Shown piece by piece: positions 29,513-39,728 of a DNA stretch of 64,000 nt. The notes under the pieces are model-generated. The model saw nothing but the letters and a program-made list of their open reading frames with translations, had not been told where the DNA came from and searched no databases. How positions within the stretch are numbered: position 1 is the stretch's first letter; every line of letters starts with the position of its first letter. The stretch lies in the NCBI GenBank assembly GCA_965261395.1, contig OZ253462.1, forward strand, positions 1,536,001 to 1,600,000, read 5' to 3'. This DNA is from Candidatus Latescibacterota bacterium (GTDB taxonomy: Bacteria; Latescibacterota; UBA2968; UBA8231). A program made the position numbers and the translations under genes.

Positions 29513-31261
29513 TTAACTTTTCTTGTCGTTTGCCAACGGCCCGGTCGGTGCTTCCTTGCTGTAGAGCGACGATCCCCGCTCGTACGACACGTTTACCTCG
29601 CCATTGGCCACGTCCAATCGCGGCACATTGCTGTGGAACACATCGCGGTCCGGGCCGCGCATCACCGCCAACTGGGTGTCGCTCATCCCCTCGACCAATT
29701 CGCCCCAGCGGTTTTCCGGGTGGGCCATCTCGCCGCCACTGCGGTTGAAGTTGCGCGATGAATACTTGATCAGGATGCCCCGTCGCGCAATCTCGCTCTT
29801 CCAAGCCAACGCTCCGTGAGTCGTGCCGCCGTCGCCGAAAAACAGCACATCGCCGGCCTGCATCTCGACGTGTTTGACCAGCCCCATATCGCGGTCGCAG
29901 GTGCGCACGCCGGGAGGCAATTTGTAGTAGGCCTTGTGGCTGCCCGGCACGCAGGCAAAACCTCCGTCGCCCGCCCGCACGTCCCTGAGCTGCCAAGTCA
30001 CGGTGACCGCCTCGCAATAGCTGCGGCCGTTGTGGTACACATAGCCGCGGCCGGGATTGAGCGGCTCGTTGGCGTCGTGTAGCGAGTGGCCGCTGGTTCC
30101 CTGGACCGAGACAAAACCCGTCGCTCCACCCATCCGCCCACCGCTGCCACCCATCCAATTCAGCCGGTGCTCGACCGCCGGATGCGCGACCATCTGCCGG
30201 AACGGTTCGCAATAGGGCTGGGGCAGTTCCAGCAGTCCATTCAACAAGGGCCGCCCGGTTCCCGCCAGACTTTTGGACCCCCGCGCCAGCTCTTCGCCGA
30301 CTTTGATCTGGTCCTCAAAGCGGTCCACCGCCTCGTTGGCCGCGGCCAACCACTCCCCGTCCATCACCCCGCGCAAGACCAAATAGCCGTTTAGATCCCA
30401 GAAGTAAAATTCCCGGTAGTCGATGTCGCTGTCGGGATCCACCTGTAAAAGCGACGGGTGAAATACCCCGGACTCCATCCGCGTCGTCTTGCCATCGGTC
30501 ACAATCGTCGGCGGCGGTGACGTGGCTTGGTAGCTCGGCTTGTAGAGCGAGGCCCGCTGTACCTCACTCAAGTCGGCGTGCCATTCCGGGCGCGGCTCCA
30601 CTGCGGTCTTCGGCCCAGTCCCCGCGCTGCGGATCACGCCGCGCCCCACAAATTCGTAACTCAACAGCCGCTGACGCCCTGCTCCCTTCCACGGCCGCAT
30701 CCCCTGCACCGTCGCCAGCCCCACGATCAGCAAGTCCCCCGCTTTGAGCACCGGCTGGAAAACAAGCCCCATATCGTCGGCCCCGGTCGCCAGCTCCTCC
30801 GGCGTCGCCACATTGCCCTTGTGGCTGCACGGCACCAGCACAAAGCCGCCGTCCCCTTCCTCGACATCCTCCAGCGCCCACAGCACCCGCACCCCCTCGC
30901 TGAAGCGCCGCCCGTTCTGGAAGTAGTACGCAATGGCAGGGTCCCGAGGCTCATTGCCGCCGACCAGCGGCGCGGTCGTGTCGCTGGTTTCCTCACACCA
31001 GACTTCTGGTGCGCGGTCGAGGATAAACCCCTGGCCGACAAGCTGGTTGAGATACCACACCAACGCCGGCTGCACCAACAGGTCGCGGAACGGCTCCCGC
31101 GCCTTCCCCGGCCAACCCAGCATTCCCTCCGTCGCCCCCACGGCGTCGATCTTCCCATTGAGCCGCTCGACCTGCTGACGAGTCAACGTCCCCGGCACGT
31201 GCAAATACCCGGCTACGTCGAAACAGTAATTCTCTTCGTTGGTCATTGTTTCGCGGTCCAT
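29513..31261 (-). CDS. Tandem two-domain PhyH-family dioxygenase
   Basis: Two units: YCFDVAGYL...VPCSHK and YFWDLNGYL...VPGSHK..HG. Confidence 0.8.
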   Translation of the reverse strand: MDRETMTNEENYCFDVAGYLHVPGTLTRQQVERLNGKIDAVGATEGMLGWPGKAREPFRDLLVQPALVWYLNQLVGQGFILDRAPEVWCEETSDTTAPLVGGNEPRDPAIAYYFQNGRRFSEGVRVLWALEDVEEGDGGFVLVPCSHKGNVATPEELATGADDMGLVFQPVLKAGDLLIVGLATVQGMRPWKGAGRQRLLSYEFVGRGVIRSAGTGPKTAVEPRPEWHADLSEVQRASLYKPSYQATSPPPTIVTDGKTTRMESGVFHPSLLQVDPDSDIDYREFYFWDLNGYLVLRGVMDGEWLAAANEAVDRFEDQIKVGEELARGSKSLAGTGRPLLNGLLELPQPYCEPFRQMVAHPAVEHRLNWMGGSGGRMGGATGFVSVQGTSGHSLHDANEPLNPGRGYVYHNGRSYCEAVTVTWQLRDVRAGDGGFACVPGSHKAYYKLPPGVRTCDRDMGLVKHVEMQAGDVLFFGDGGTTHGALAWKSEIARRGILIKYSSRNFNRSGGEMAHPENRWGELVEGMSDTQLAVMRGPDRDVFHSNVPRLDVANGEVNVSYERGSSLYSKEAPTGPLANDKKS

Positions 31262-31288
31262 TTGGCACCTCCTTTGTCTAGTTTGGTG

Positions 31289-31594
31289 TTAGGCAGCCAC
31301 GGGATCGCTGACCTCAACTGCAAGGCGTAAGCCCAACTCGCGCAGAACTGCGGTCAAACTTAAGAGTTGGGGATTACCTTGGTCGGACAGCATTCGATAC
31401 ATCGACTCGCGATTGAGCTGAGCGCCCTCTGCGAGTCGCTTCATGCCGTGAGCTTCGGCTACATCGCGCAGCGCAAGGAGGAACACGTCAGGGGAGCCAT
31501 CCTCAAGAGCAGCAGTCAGATACGCAGCCGCTTCGCTAGGATCTCTGAGATCTTCTAGTAGCCCTTCTTTATACGGTCGAGATGCTTTGCTCAT
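31289..31594 (-). CDS. Addiction module antidote (HTH antitoxin, HI1420-like)
   Basis: AAAYL..AL, LLALRDVAEA.GM..LA....LNRESMYR.LS..GNP. Confidence 0.85.
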   Translation of the reverse strand: MSKASRPYKEGLLEDLRDPSEAAAYLTAALEDGSPDVFLLALRDVAEAHGMKRLAEGAQLNRESMYRMLSDQGNPQLLSLTAVLRELGLRLAVEVSDPVAA

Positions 31595-31929
31595 AATGAC
31601 CTTCTTCTGTAGTCGCGCCAGAAAATCCGAGCCTGTTCAATGTCCCGTGATTGGGTTCTTTTACTGCCGCCGCAAAGCAACAACACAAGGCGGTCACCTG
31701 CCCGCCCGAAATAGACCCGATAACCGGGACCGTGGTCAATGCGTAGCTCGTGGAGGCCACCACCGAGCGAGTTGGTGTCGCCGAAGTTACCCAATCGCAA
31801 CCGCGCCAGTCGAGTGCGAATACGGGCCCTAGCAGTACGATCCCTCAAGTTGCGAATCCATTCCGAGAAGGGTGGCCGGCCTTCCTCTGTCTGATATACC
31901 TCGACCTCGTGTGATACCGCCTCTGACAT
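31591..31929 (-). CDS. RelE/HigB-type addiction module killer toxin (HI1419-like)
   Basis: PF.EW...LRD, GNFGD...GGG..ELRI..GPGYRVYF, LLCGG.K..Q..DI..A. Confidence 0.9.
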   Translation of the reverse strand: MSEAVSHEVEVYQTEEGRPPFSEWIRNLRDRTARARIRTRLARLRLGNFGDTNSLGGGLHELRIDHGPGYRVYFGRAGDRLVLLLCGGSKRTQSRDIEQARIFWRDYRRRSL

Positions 31930-32102
31930 GGGAAAAGTGTAGCCGAAAAGCTACAACGCCGCAAGGATAGCTGATAGCAAGAATAAGCCCAACGTGAGAA
32001 GCGGAAGCAGCGAGTAGTGCGAGCACATACACGATCAAATCAAACGGCCACCGCTATCACACTTACCTACTACTGCTTCGGGTTGGTGCAGTAGCATCAC
32101 TG

Positions 32103-33035
32103 TTAACTATTCAGCGAATCCCGCAGGAGATCAACAACTCGTCTGAAGGCCCAGACTTCACCTCGTGAGAGCGCAACTCCTGAATGCAGTGCCAAGGAAA
32201 GAAGACCATAAAGCTTTTTGACCCACTGGTTCAAAGAGGGGGTCACATGGCCGGCGTCACGATGAAGTTTCAATGCCGCGTACCAGTCATCCGCGCTCAG
32301 CGGCTCTTGGCCTTCGAGTAATGCGTTCAAGTCTTTGCGGAACAGCACCGCCTCAAGGTGTGATCTCACGAGGCCAGCAGCGACGATTGGGCTGCCTGAA
32401 TAGTTTGAGTTCAACAGACTAGGAGAAGGAGCACGCATGAAACCAAGCAGTACCTGCTCGCCCATGAAATCTGAATCATGCGACCAGCTTTCCGATCGGC
32501 ACGAATAGCGTGAGCCGCCTGTTCCGACCAAGAGATCCTCAGCCCCAAAGGCGAAATCTTCGACGTTGTACTGAACACTTCTGATCACGTTGACGAGCGC
32601 ACGCATGTTCGTGAACCGGTACACGCGGGTGAACTCCTCGGGCTCGGTAGACCTGCATGCGTTCATGACACCCGCCTTTGGCAGCGCACGCAAGTGACGT
32701 ATCAGCGTCTGCTGAAGGGCGTCGTTCATGTGGAAGACGACCGCAGCACGACAGCCGTCCAAGCGGTGGGGGGGATGCGACGGGATCTCGAAGCTGTAAG
32801 CCTTGTTTGCGAAGTAGCAGTTGAATAGGCGTTCGTCGGATGCCAAGAACTCGTTACGCAGTCCATCTGCCCACTTGTTGAAGCCCTTGTCCCGAAGGGC
32901 ACTCTCGAGACGGCACCGTAGACCACGGTTGAGTTCATTAAGCTTGTCACATGCTGCAACTACGGCCCCCGCGTCTAACTCCTCGCTCGGTCTCACCGTC
33001 TCTAACGGCTCAAGGTACTCCCACCCCTTCGTCAT
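32103..33035 (-). CDS. Hypothetical protein
   Basis: Long ORF; GAGGAG RBS before MTKGW; no recognised motif. Confidence 0.55.
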   Translation of the reverse strand: MTKGWEYLEPLETVRPSEELDAGAVVAACDKLNELNRGLRCRLESALRDKGFNKWADGLRNEFLASDERLFNCYFANKAYSFEIPSHPPHRLDGCRAAVVFHMNDALQQTLIRHLRALPKAGVMNACRSTEPEEFTRVYRFTNMRALVNVIRSVQYNVEDFAFGAEDLLVGTGGSRYSCRSESWSHDSDFMGEQVLLGFMRAPSPSLLNSNYSGSPIVAAGLVRSHLEAVLFRKDLNALLEGQEPLSADDWYAALKLHRDAGHVTPSLNQWVKKLYGLLSLALHSGVALSRGEVWAFRRVVDLLRDSLNS

Positions 33036-33093
33036 TCTCGACTCCTCTGTTTCAGCTTTTATGCGTACGCGTTTTCTTTTTTGGCGAAGGTTG

Positions 33094-33633
33094 TTAATCT
33101 TTGCGTTTCGAATCCAAGAGCCTGCCAAGGACTGCACCTACTGCCGTTCCGACCCCGGGCAAAAGGATGCTGCCAATTGCCGCGCCGGCTAGAGCACTGG
33201 CTGCAACGCCCCCCTTAGCTGACGCTGCGGCGATACCCATTTTGATTGCCTTGTTTCTGTTGCGCGAGATACCCGAGTGCAGAAGACGTCGCATCGTCTC
33301 GATGTCCTCTTCTGAAAGCTCATCCGACTCTACAGGCAAGTCTTCGGCATTTTGCAGGTTGGAGAGTGCTTCAATGTCTTCACGCCCAAGAAGCAAGAAC
33401 ATCGGGGAAACGCTAAGTACATCAGCCAAGCTCACTAACGTGGAAAGCCTAGGGTCGCCTTCGCTTCCTTCGATCTGAATCACCGTCGCCCGGGAGACCG
33501 AAGCCCTAGTAGCCAAGGTGTCCTGGGATATCTCCAGCGCAGTTCGGGCAGCCACCAGATTTCGGGCGAGGTTCATCCGCACCTGATCTATGTCGAGAAT
33601 ATTGCTGGATGGTGTGCTTCGTCGCTTACTCAT
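33094..33633 (-). CDS. XRE-family HTH protein with C-terminal glycine-zipper helix
   Basis: ISQDTLA...VSRATV..IE...GDPRLSTL; AGAAIGSILLPGVGTAVGA. Confidence 0.75.
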   Translation of the reverse strand: MSKRRSTPSSNILDIDQVRMNLARNLVAARTALEISQDTLATRASVSRATVIQIEGSEGDPRLSTLVSLADVLSVSPMFLLLGREDIEALSNLQNAEDLPVESDELSEEDIETMRRLLHSGISRNRNKAIKMGIAAASAKGGVAASALAGAAIGSILLPGVGTAVGAVLGRLLDSKRKD

Positions 33634-34006
33634 GGTCATCTCCATTGGGGAACATGTGGATTTTCGTGACACCGGCCTCATCCTTCCAGAACACGTAGCT
33701 GCCCTCGGTCAAGCTCCTGCCATACCGAACCGGCAATTGGGCGTCACGAAGTTCGAGAGAGGCGAGTTTGGCGGTTTCCTTTCCTACACCGCGAGCGGAG
33801 ACATTCCGTTTCCACCAACTCATTTCCTCCACACATTTTTGTGCATGGGACTCAAGACCTTCGACGGATGGAAAATTCTCCAGAAGCTCGCAGTGTTCAC
33901 CGGTCTTCGCCTTATCGAGGCGTCACTGGATATCCGCCGGATTGTGCTCCGTCGCGTGGTACACCCATGCCCCTTCAATCCGGTGGTCTTGATATTGGTG
34001 GAAACT

Positions 34007-34768
34007 TCACTCTTCTGAGCCATCGCGCAAAGCAACGATGCCTAGGTACAGACATATCGGAATGGTCTTCCGATATGCCGGACCTTGAAGATCCAGAGCT
34101 ATCCAAGTGCCGGAGATCACCCACAATACAGGGCCGAGCACATTCAGCCACGGGTTACGTTTCACAAGTTCCTTGACTAGATGCTTAGCTGCCTCTCTTC
34201 CGACAATTTGAGCCAGTATCGTGACAATGATAGTCTCAATTATCCCAAGGGTAACTTTGGGTCCAAGAACCTTGAAGAGAATAGGTAAGACCGCTGCCTT
34301 CCCGTTTTTCTTTAGGTGATCCATGATGAGGTCTCGGTCTGCGTCGCCAACCCCAATATCCTCGAATGCCTTTGAGAGTTCTTCCGGGGATTTGCTCAGA
34401 AGTTCTTTCTCAACCACAGCTTTCACCAAACGCTCAAGCCTAACCTCGCTACTGCCACCGCGTTTGATGGGTACCTTGAGTTTTTTGCAAACGTCATCGA
34501 TCAATTCAGAGGCAGCCACCCCAGCCTCATTTTTATCTTTCCCACAAAGGAAGCGTGTCAAATAGGCGAAGTCGGACGACCCGTAGTACCGGATCTGTTT
34601 GTCAATCAACAAGATGAGTTCAGTTCTCGCGGCGTTATTGCTCTTACTCTTGTCGAGCAACTGTTTCCGCTTATTGTCATCTGTAAATGAAAGGTAGCTG
34701 TCGAGCACCTTTGACAAATACTCGAAGTCAGCGTACTCACATTTCTCTAGAAGCGCTTTCATGCTCAT
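34007..34768 (-). CDS. YaaW/DUF3944-like protein
   Basis: YYGSS, DVCKKLKV, LGPVLW...D..GPAYRKTIP motif. Confidence 0.65.
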   Translation of the reverse strand: MSMKALLEKCEYADFEYLSKVLDSYLSFTDDNKRKQLLDKSKSNNAARTELILLIDKQIRYYGSSDFAYLTRFLCGKDKNEAGVAASELIDDVCKKLKVPIKRGGSSEVRLERLVKAVVEKELLSKSPEELSKAFEDIGVGDADRDLIMDHLKKNGKAAVLPILFKVLGPKVTLGIIETIIVTILAQIVGREAAKHLVKELVKRNPWLNVLGPVLWVISGTWIALDLQGPAYRKTIPICLYLGIVALRDGSEE

Positions 34769-35029
34769 CCTCCCCAGACGTATAAGTAACTGACGTTACG
34801 CAGTTTTCCAGAAAATCCTCGATTCCGCCTCAATATCTTGAGTCAACAGGCTTTGATAAACCATAAGATAGAGAGCTACTGCGTAAAGTTAGTTAAGATA
34901 TACACCCAAGCGATGAATGTCAAATATAATATACATACACTAATTTATAAAACAATGTTCGTGCCCAGCTAGTCGCAGTCGAACTGCCGGCCCGATCACC
35001 AATGAGATCTCCGCGAACGCGCTATGTCT

Positions 35030-35394
35030 CAGAAAGGAAGGCGTGCCTACATATTGCTTGAGAGAACGAACCGAGCGCCCCGGTATGCCCAACTCCGTTG
35101 CGGCTGTGGGCAGCCGCCTCACACCACTAACGGTAGTCGGGCTGCGGACTGGATGGAATTTCGACACTAGGCGGGAGCTTTTTTGCCTATTGACTTAGCC
35201 GTGCCTCAGAAGGCGGGGAAATCGTATCAGATCGTTAGCGGTGGAGGTAGAGCTGCTGTCTTCTGCGCCGCCCTCCATCGTCAGATCGCACACGTTATTC
35301 TTCCATCTGAGAGGCTACTGGGAGGATCGTCGGACTAGGTGAACTATTCGACCGGAGAACCCACGGAGCGAACCTCGATACGTTCGATCTTCAC
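35030..35394 (-). pseudogene. Degraded enolase-superfamily gene remnant (left boundary approximate)
   Basis: VKIERIEVRSVGSPVE*FT*SDD aligns with MHITKVEIRTVAPPVDRFTWSDD of 27374..28486. Confidence 0.65.
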
Positions 35395-35536
35395 GGGGCT
35401 CTCCTCGCCACTCCCGTCTCCTTCGCACCACTGCCCCTGTCGTAGACGTATCTCAAAAAATCGAGCCACTCCGGGTCGCAGCCCTGCTCGGTAAAGCCTA
35501 TGCTCAAGCGACATGCCTAGGCCAAGCTGGCGGCCC

Positions 35537-35854
35537 TTATTGAGGATCTGACGATACAAAATCTACTGATAGCCGCAGACCCATACTGTGCAGGATGGTG
35601 GCTAAGGTATGGAGACGGGGATTGCCGCCCGCCGATAGCGTTCGATAAATATTGGACCGATTCAAGCCGGTTTTCTCGGCCAGTTGGCCCAGCCCCCCTT
35701 GCGCCTCCACCACATCCCGTAAGGCCAGCAAGAGCGCTTCGTCGTCGTTATCGCTCTGATATTCCTCTAATGCCACATCAATATACGCTTTAGCCTTGAC
35801 AGGATCGTTGAGTTCCTGCGAATGGAATTCTTTAAAGGCTCCTAATTTTCTCAC
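35537..35854 (-). CDS. Orphan addiction module antidote protein
   Basis: AYI..AL, LLLALRDVVEAQGG..LAEKTGLNR..IYR.LS..GNP; no intact toxin upstream. Confidence 0.8.
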   Translation of the reverse strand: MRKLGAFKEFHSQELNDPVKAKAYIDVALEEYQSDNDDEALLLALRDVVEAQGGLGQLAEKTGLNRSNIYRTLSAGGNPRLHTLATILHSMGLRLSVDFVSSDPQ

Positions 35855-36006
35855 GGCTCTGACTCCTTGTATTCAGCCCATTGTCCGCAAGCATCATTCA
35901 TAATATACAATCTTTATCGCCGACTGAACTACTACCTGATAGCAATAATGGACGCCGCCCCGCCAGCGCGATATATTGCGCCTACCCATCAACAGGAGAA
36001 CACGCC

Positions 36007-37350
36007 ATGGCTCTGACCCCCTGGATTCGCATCGGCCAGCCCTTAGAGGCGGTCATGTCCGATTACGAGCGCATCTTCGACGCCTGGGAACAAGGCGGCA
36101 TCCGCGGCCTAGTCTTTGGCCGCTTGGTCTTTGCCGATGAGCAAGGCCAGTGTACCATCCCCGCGTTCAAGGGCGATCTCGCGCCCTACCAAAAGCGCGG
36201 CCTCACAGCCCAACTGCGCGACGTGCCCCTGCAACCCGACAAGGAAAAGCTCCTGCACGCCATGCTGGCCGACGCCAAAAGGCGCGGCTGGACCGTGATG
36301 ATCTTCGCGCCCGCCTCCGGCACCATTGCCGCCGAGGGCCTGCCGCTGGCGGAGGATCCCTACGGCACCCAGCTACACGCTGCGTCTTGGGAGGACATCT
36401 TCGCGGCTTTCCCAGAAGCCGACGGCGGTATTGTCGATGGCTGGACCGAGTCGCCCTACGAGCTGTCGTATCACCACGGCAACGCAGTCTTCCGCCCGCT
36501 CAGCGACGGCCAGCGCCAAGAGGCAACCGCTAGGGGCTACGACGCCGCGCGCCTAGATCGGGGCCGCCAGCACTTGCACCAGCGCTTCCAGAGCTTCACG
36601 CCCGCCGAAGTGGACTACTATGGTGCCCACGGCGTGCTCTCGGAGATGAACCTCTTCGACATCAACGAGGACGCGCTCTACTGGTTGCGCTGGCGACGCG
36701 AAGACGGCATCCGTCAGGGTCGCGAATTCCGCCAAGCTCTCGACGAGTTGCCGCGCCAATTGCTCCTCGGCAACGGCCCGCGCTCGGCTGTGTTTTCCGG
36801 CATGACCGCGCTCGACTTCCACGCCTGGGGTCAGATCGTGGATTTGCTCTTGGTTAAGCACTACTTCTGGCATCGCGGCTTTGACGGGATGTACGGCACA
36901 GTCGCCCGCTGGGTGCAGCAGATTCAGGAGTGGAACCCGGCGTTGAGCGAAGCGCAGTGCTGGACGGTCCTCCGCTCTTGGCTCGGCATCCGCCTGCCCG
37001 AGGTGGAGTGCCTAGCCGACATGGAATTGGGGTTTCCGCAGGCGTTTTTCGACGAGGTGGTGCAAGAAGAGACGCGCCGCGCCATCGCCGCAGTCGGCGA
37101 CCCGCAAAAGATCCTGCCCTGGGTCGATACCGGGCGCATGCCCCACGGCGGCGACCCCATGACCGCCGGCGATCTCTACCGCATCCTCCAAGCTTCGGAA
37201 GCGGCCGGGCTGCAACGGTTCCTCTTCCACAACCATGCCCACCTGACCGCGGCTGAATGGGCAGTCATCTCGCGGATGTGCGGCACGGCGTGGGACGAAA
37301 ATCCCGACGGCTACTGGCCCCCGGCAACGCCCAAACCCGGGACGTACTAA
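36007..37350 (+). CDS. Uncharacterised protein (possible TIM-barrel), target of repeated insertions
   Basis: Host-like codon usage; GGAG RBS before MALTPW. Confidence 0.7.
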   Translation: MALTPWIRIGQPLEAVMSDYERIFDAWEQGGIRGLVFGRLVFADEQGQCTIPAFKGDLAPYQKRGLTAQLRDVPLQPDKEKLLHAMLADAKRRGWTVMIFAPASGTIAAEGLPLAEDPYGTQLHAASWEDIFAAFPEADGGIVDGWTESPYELSYHHGNAVFRPLSDGQRQEATARGYDAARLDRGRQHLHQRFQSFTPAEVDYYGAHGVLSEMNLFDINEDALYWLRWRREDGIRQGREFRQALDELPRQLLLGNGPRSAVFSGMTALDFHAWGQIVDLLLVKHYFWHRGFDGMYGTVARWVQQIQEWNPALSEAQCWTVLRSWLGIRLPEVECLADMELGFPQAFFDEVVQEETRRAIAAVGDPQKILPWVDTGRMPHGGDPMTAGDLYRILQASEAAGLQRFLFHNHAHLTAAEWAVISRMCGTAWDENPDGYWPPATPKPGTY

Positions 37351-37356
37351 GCGCCC
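36673..37356. repeat. Direct repeat copy 1 (3' half of gene 36007..37350)
   Basis: Near-identical to 39729..40413; last ~117 coding bases recur at 44141..44257. Confidence 0.95.
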
Positions 37357-37409
37357 TATAGCCGCCGGCCCCAAGACCGTCCCACGAGCGACGTCGAGAT
37401 CTGCAAGGA

Positions 37410-37787
37410 ATGCATCAACTTGATCACGGTGATCCTGAACGAGACATGCGCCAGTTTGTTTTGAAATTGCTTGAGAGCTGGGGCTTGAGCAGAGACGATG
37501 CGGTCCTCCTGCTGGGATTCGATCAGACGGACAACGATTTCGTGCGAGCCGTTTTGGAAGGTGCCGCCGATCTGCATGGCCGAGACGTTCGTGATCGAAT
37601 TGCCCATCTTTTTCAGATCAGGAAGACGCTGTCATCGCTCTTTCGCGATCTAGGTGTCGAAAACGAATGGCTGCGCGAACAGCACACCTTGCTGGATGGG
37701 CAAGAGCCGTTGAAGTTGCTGTTGGGCGGCTCCATGGAAGACCTTCTTTTAGTGAAGGAGTACGTGGATGCCGCCGCAGGACGATGA
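37410..37787 (+). CDS. Xre/MbcA/ParS-type antitoxin, no RES toxin adjacent
   Basis: W.L....A.LLG, RI..L..I...L..LF, WLR.....L.G..P..LL. Confidence 0.7.
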   Translation: MHQLDHGDPERDMRQFVLKLLESWGLSRDDAVLLLGFDQTDNDFVRAVLEGAADLHGRDVRDRIAHLFQIRKTLSSLFRDLGVENEWLREQHTLLDGQEPLKLLLGGSMEDLLLVKEYVDAAAGR

Positions 37788-38029
37788 CGCGCCGGAGTCC
37801 CGACAATCGGTTGACAATACACGTTCTGTAATCGGATTGGCGCAGAAGCAGTCCGGTTGGGATTGGACGGTTTGGCCGCTCCTTCCGCGCGCCGGGAGAA
37901 TGGTTCCAATGCAGGCACTGGCGGCTGACGCCGAGTTTCACCCGGCGGCGGCTCTCGTCACCGCACGCTTGGGAGACCTTGCGTCGGGGGCTGGAAGCGA
38001 GAAAGATTGGAGCCGTGGGCAGTTGAAGC

Positions 38030-38386
38030 TCAGCGGTTGATCCACTCCTCCCGAATGGTAAACGGCTCCCCGCAGTCGATATCGCTGTGGTGGATGATCA
38101 GGCGTAAGGTCCCTTCCGCGTCGATGACGTGAAGGTCGAGGGCGGTGTCCGATACCCGGTACGCGACCTGGCGGCAGATCAGTTGCCCGTTCGCCGTCTC
38201 GGTGCGGGTGTTGACCAGCGGCTCTGCGCCGCAGAACTCACCGGTGAATTCGTAGCGTTCGATCTCGACGAGATTGCCGTCCGCGTCGTACACATGCGCG
38301 ATGGCACCGTCCTTAAGCTCTCCCTGCATCTCCTTGTGCCAGCCGGGTTGCCAGCGGCCCCGGCCTATCGGCATGCGCTCGCTCAC
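38030..38386 (-). CDS. Hypothetical protein
   Basis: 118-aa ORF with GAGGAG RBS. Confidence 0.55.
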   Translation of the reverse strand: MSERMPIGRGRWQPGWHKEMQGELKDGAIAHVYDADGNLVEIERYEFTGEFCGAEPLVNTRTETANGQLICRQVAYRVSDTALDLHVIDAEGTLRLIIHHSDIDCGEPFTIREEWINR

Positions 38387-38475
38387 GTTTTTGCTCCTCT
38401 CATCTGCGCCAAAAAGCGTTTGGCGGTCCCGGCAAAGTGGTCCTCGATCTCATCCGCGTCATCACTAAGAACCCC

Positions 38476-38516
38476 GACGGTCGTAGGTTCCCCTTAGGGT
38501 GCCCTACGACCGTCGA
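38476..38516. repeat. Palindrome with GTAG...CTAC (REP-like or terminator)
   Basis: CGACGGTCGTAGG...CCTACGACCGTCG, 13-bp arms. Confidence 0.6.
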
Positions 38517-38524
38517 TTTTATTT

Positions 38525-39148
38525 TCAAGGAATATCGGCGATGAGACCGGTTTTGTGGAGCCGCTTGTCGATGACCTGCGGCGATACCTCAAATGTCCTA
38601 GCTATCCTCTGAGCGGCCCAATCGGCCAGCCGATCTATGTATTGATGGCGTCTAAACCCGACCTGCCTCGCCTGATCGGCGAGGGCGTCCATCTCGGAGA
38701 GCAGGGCGTCAAAGATGTTCTGCAAGTGGCGCTGAGGCACGAGCAGACAGCCGGCGAATTCATACGCCTGATACTCCATCCAGTTTAGCTGTTGCTCAGG
38801 GAGGCTGGCGTAAAGCGTTTTCCATGCCTGTATATCTGGGGTGGCAGGCAAATTCTCGATAAACTCTTTATGCAGAACGAAGTGTCCCAGCTCGTGTGCG
38901 ACGGTAAAGCGTTGCCTGACCGCGTGCTGGTCAAAGTCCAAGTGAATCTCTTTGAAGTCGCGGGTAATGAACCCATCGCCTTCGATGTTGGCCTTCAGTC
39001 CAGGTAGGGGCAGGACACTGATCTTGAGGCAGTATTCGGCGATGTACTCGACATCAACAGGCAGGGTGTCGTCCCAGTATTGGGATAGAAACTCTTCGGC
39101 ATGTTGCTGGATCTCTTCATTCGGAATCCAACGAATCCCGTTCGGCAT
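38525..39148 (-). CDS. ImmA/IrrE-family zinc metallopeptidase
   Basis: LPVDV..I, RQRFTVAHELGH, EYQA..FAG.LLVP, FEVS...I..RL. Confidence 0.9.
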   Translation of the reverse strand: MPNGIRWIPNEEIQQHAEEFLSQYWDDTLPVDVEYIAEYCLKISVLPLPGLKANIEGDGFITRDFKEIHLDFDQHAVRQRFTVAHELGHFVLHKEFIENLPATPDIQAWKTLYASLPEQQLNWMEYQAYEFAGCLLVPQRHLQNIFDALLSEMDALADQARQVGFRRHQYIDRLADWAAQRIARTFEVSPQVIDKRLHKTGLIADIP

Positions 39149-39521
39149 GATGGGTACTCCTCATCAACTCCGCCACCATATCTAGCTGTTCCTCTGTCAG
39201 CTTCTCGCCCCGGATCGTGCGGAAGAGAACGGGCAGTTTGGCTGCCAGCGCCTCGTCGTCGAGGATGTCTCGGGGCACTTGGCCGGCCGAAACCGCCGCC
39301 GCGTCCATAAACGCCCTCCGCGCTTCTGAACCTTCTTCCAAGCCGAGTTGCTGGGCCAGCTTGTCTTGCGCTTGGCGCGATTTAGGGGGCGGCCGGAGAC
39401 CTCGTTCCATCTTGGAATACGTCCCTGGGTCGAGGCCAAACTGCTCGCAGAAGCGCCTGAGAGGTACTTGCTGGTGGTGGCGCAACGATTGTAAAAACAA
39501 AGCAAAAGGGCCTACGCTCAT
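39117..39521 (-). CDS. XRE-family (ImmR-like) transcriptional regulator
   Basis: LRRFC...GLDPG.YSKMERG..PP; overlaps the ImmA gene. Confidence 0.8.
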   Translation of the reverse strand: MSVGPFALFLQSLRHHQQVPLRRFCEQFGLDPGTYSKMERGLRPPPKSRQAQDKLAQQLGLEEGSEARRAFMDAAAVSAGQVPRDILDDEALAAKLPVLFRTIRGEKLTEEQLDMVAELMRSTHHAERDSLDSE

Positions 39522-39728
39522 TACTAAGCTCCTACGTCTAAACTAATCTCTTACGTTTTACTACGAAGGATCAGGGGACGGCCGGTGCGTCGCGCTCCTT
39601 TCTAAGCGGCAGGTGCTGGTGTCTTGGGAGTCAACATACAACTGTTGGACGATTTTGCCAACAGCTTAATCAAAAAATTAATCTTCCCCTTGCTCCGCCT
39701 TCTGCGGGACCTTACATGCCCCTTACGT

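Noticed and set aside
33626-34009. TGA recoding (alternative genetic code) extending the YaaW-like gene
   Set aside because: TGA is the normal stop for many intact genes here; decay is the simpler explanation
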